Assembly (NCBI GenBank): GCA_030704615.1
Contig: CM060733.1
Location: 14,508,001 to 14,572,000 of the forward strand
Length of the DNA: 64,000 nucleotides
Origin: Takakia lepidozioides
Lineage: Eukaryota > Plantae > Bryophyta
Direction of reading: 5' to 3'
Shown piece after piece: positions 62,580-64,000 of this stretch (within the stretch, counting starts at the first letter, position 1; every line of letters begins with the position of its first letter). The notes beneath the pieces are model-generated. The model worked only from the letters and a program-made list of their open reading frames with translations, was not told the origin of the DNA and did not search any database. The position numbers and the translations under genes were made by a program.

Positions 62580-64000
62580 AGGTCCCAGCGGAGTGGATAT
62601 TGGGTGAAGATGAGGGAGGAATGGAGCCCTTGGTATACGACAATCCCGAACACTGTCAGTGCCACTGGTAGTGTTGAGTGCAACCTATGTGAATTAAAAC
62701 TTTCTTATCGTAAGGATCGGTTGCTTGCTCACCTCGGCTATAAAGCTGTGAAGAGCGCTGGGGTGGGTTTATGCCCCAAAGCATCTAGCGGATAAAAAGC
62801 CACTTTGCCTAGTGTGGAGGTAATATTCCAATGTCTTTGGATCTGGACATGACCTCTGAGCAGAACACTCCATCTTCCCGTTAGGATGCCCCGATTAGTA
62901 CCCAGGTGGGCGACTATTGTGAGGCTTCGGGTGTCCTTGGACAAGTGGGTTGTGCCGGAGCAACACCTGCTTCAACATCTCTTTGTGCCCATACACTTCA
63001 ACGGAGTAGAGGATTACGACAGCAATCCATTCAAGAATGTCTTAACTTATCTGCAAAAAGACAGTTGGATAAAAAATGGGCGCAGTTTTTCTTCGAGACC
63101 AACATACCATTTAATGTGGCAAGGTTTCCGGCATTTGCCTCTGCTGTTAGAACAACCTCGGGGTCCAGATCTACGTACGTGCCTCCGACTTATCACAATC
63201 TCCGCACAGGATTGCTAGAAGACGCCATGACCGAGCTTACCCAAAAGGTCAACGATAGGACGGGCGAGTGTATCAAAAAATATGGAAGCACTATATGTGC
63301 CGATGGTTGGAGTTCTGTCACAAACAAACCGTTGTTCAATGTCATGCTCGTATGTCCAGCTGGGGAACAATTCTTGGGATCGGTCGACACTAGCGGCGAG
63401 AAGAAAGATAGACGTTATCAATGCCAACTATTGACGGACTTCATCGAACAGGTCGAAGTGATAGAATCGTGCAAATATGCACAGACAATGCCGCTAACAT
63501 GAGAAACACTGCAGACATGTTGTTGGCACGTTATCCCCATATGTACTATTAAGGTTGTGCTGCTCATATTCTTGACCTCCTTTTGGAAGATTGGGGAAAA
63601 GAACAGTGGGTGAAACAACTTGTCAAGCGAGCGAAGACTGTTGTGTCGTTCATCCACACACACCACATCCCTTTGGCAATATATAAGAGGCATGAACCCA
63701 AATACAGCCTCCGCAATCCAGACGAAACTCGTTTTCCCACTAACTTCTTGATGGTGGATCGGTTGGTGACGGTGAAGAACAGTCTGGAGCACACCATCAT
63801 CGATCCTCAATGAGATGCGTACACACGGACATTGCGAGACTCCAGAAAAACCAAGTCATTGGGCAAAAGTCGAAAAATTCGAAATAACATTCGCAGCGAT
63901 GATTTATGGAAGAAATGTAAAAACTTTGTTTATATGGTTGAGCCGGTGTTAATCGTCTTGCGGGAGTTTGATGGAAAGCAACCAGTAATGGACAAGGCAT
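62580..64000 (+). pseudogene. hAT transposase (BED finger + DUF659-type DDE), frameshifted, runs off the window
   Basis: CNLC..RLLAHL; FFFETNIPFNVA; ICADGWS; ICTDNAANM; CAAHILDLLLED; ETRFPTNF. Confidence 0.9.

Overview
Eukaryotic nuclear DNA, most likely an early-diverging land plant (inferred from the intronless PLS-DYW PPR editing factor and the TE spectrum). Only two clear host genes: a DYW-type PPR gene (3655-6177) and tRNA-Ile(UAU) (7552-7625). There is also an orphan spliced gene with tandemly duplicated exons (35.6-38.1 kb). The rest is nested transposable elements: a Dualen-like LINE fragment, a frameshifted APE-type LINE and its 3' fragments, Copia, chromovirus, CACTA, hAT and Harbinger remnants, a Tourist MITE and palindromic subterminal arrays. 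The standout is an apparently very young, intact ~8 kb Penelope-like retroelement (15991-24031, minus strand). It has a Naiad/Chlamys-like RT with no visible endonuclease, an uncharacterised intron-containing ORF1 and two near-identical 1.9 kb direct repeats anchored in GA microsatellites, and it directly abuts LINE 3'-end fragments. All family assignments are by motif recognition; no searches were run.
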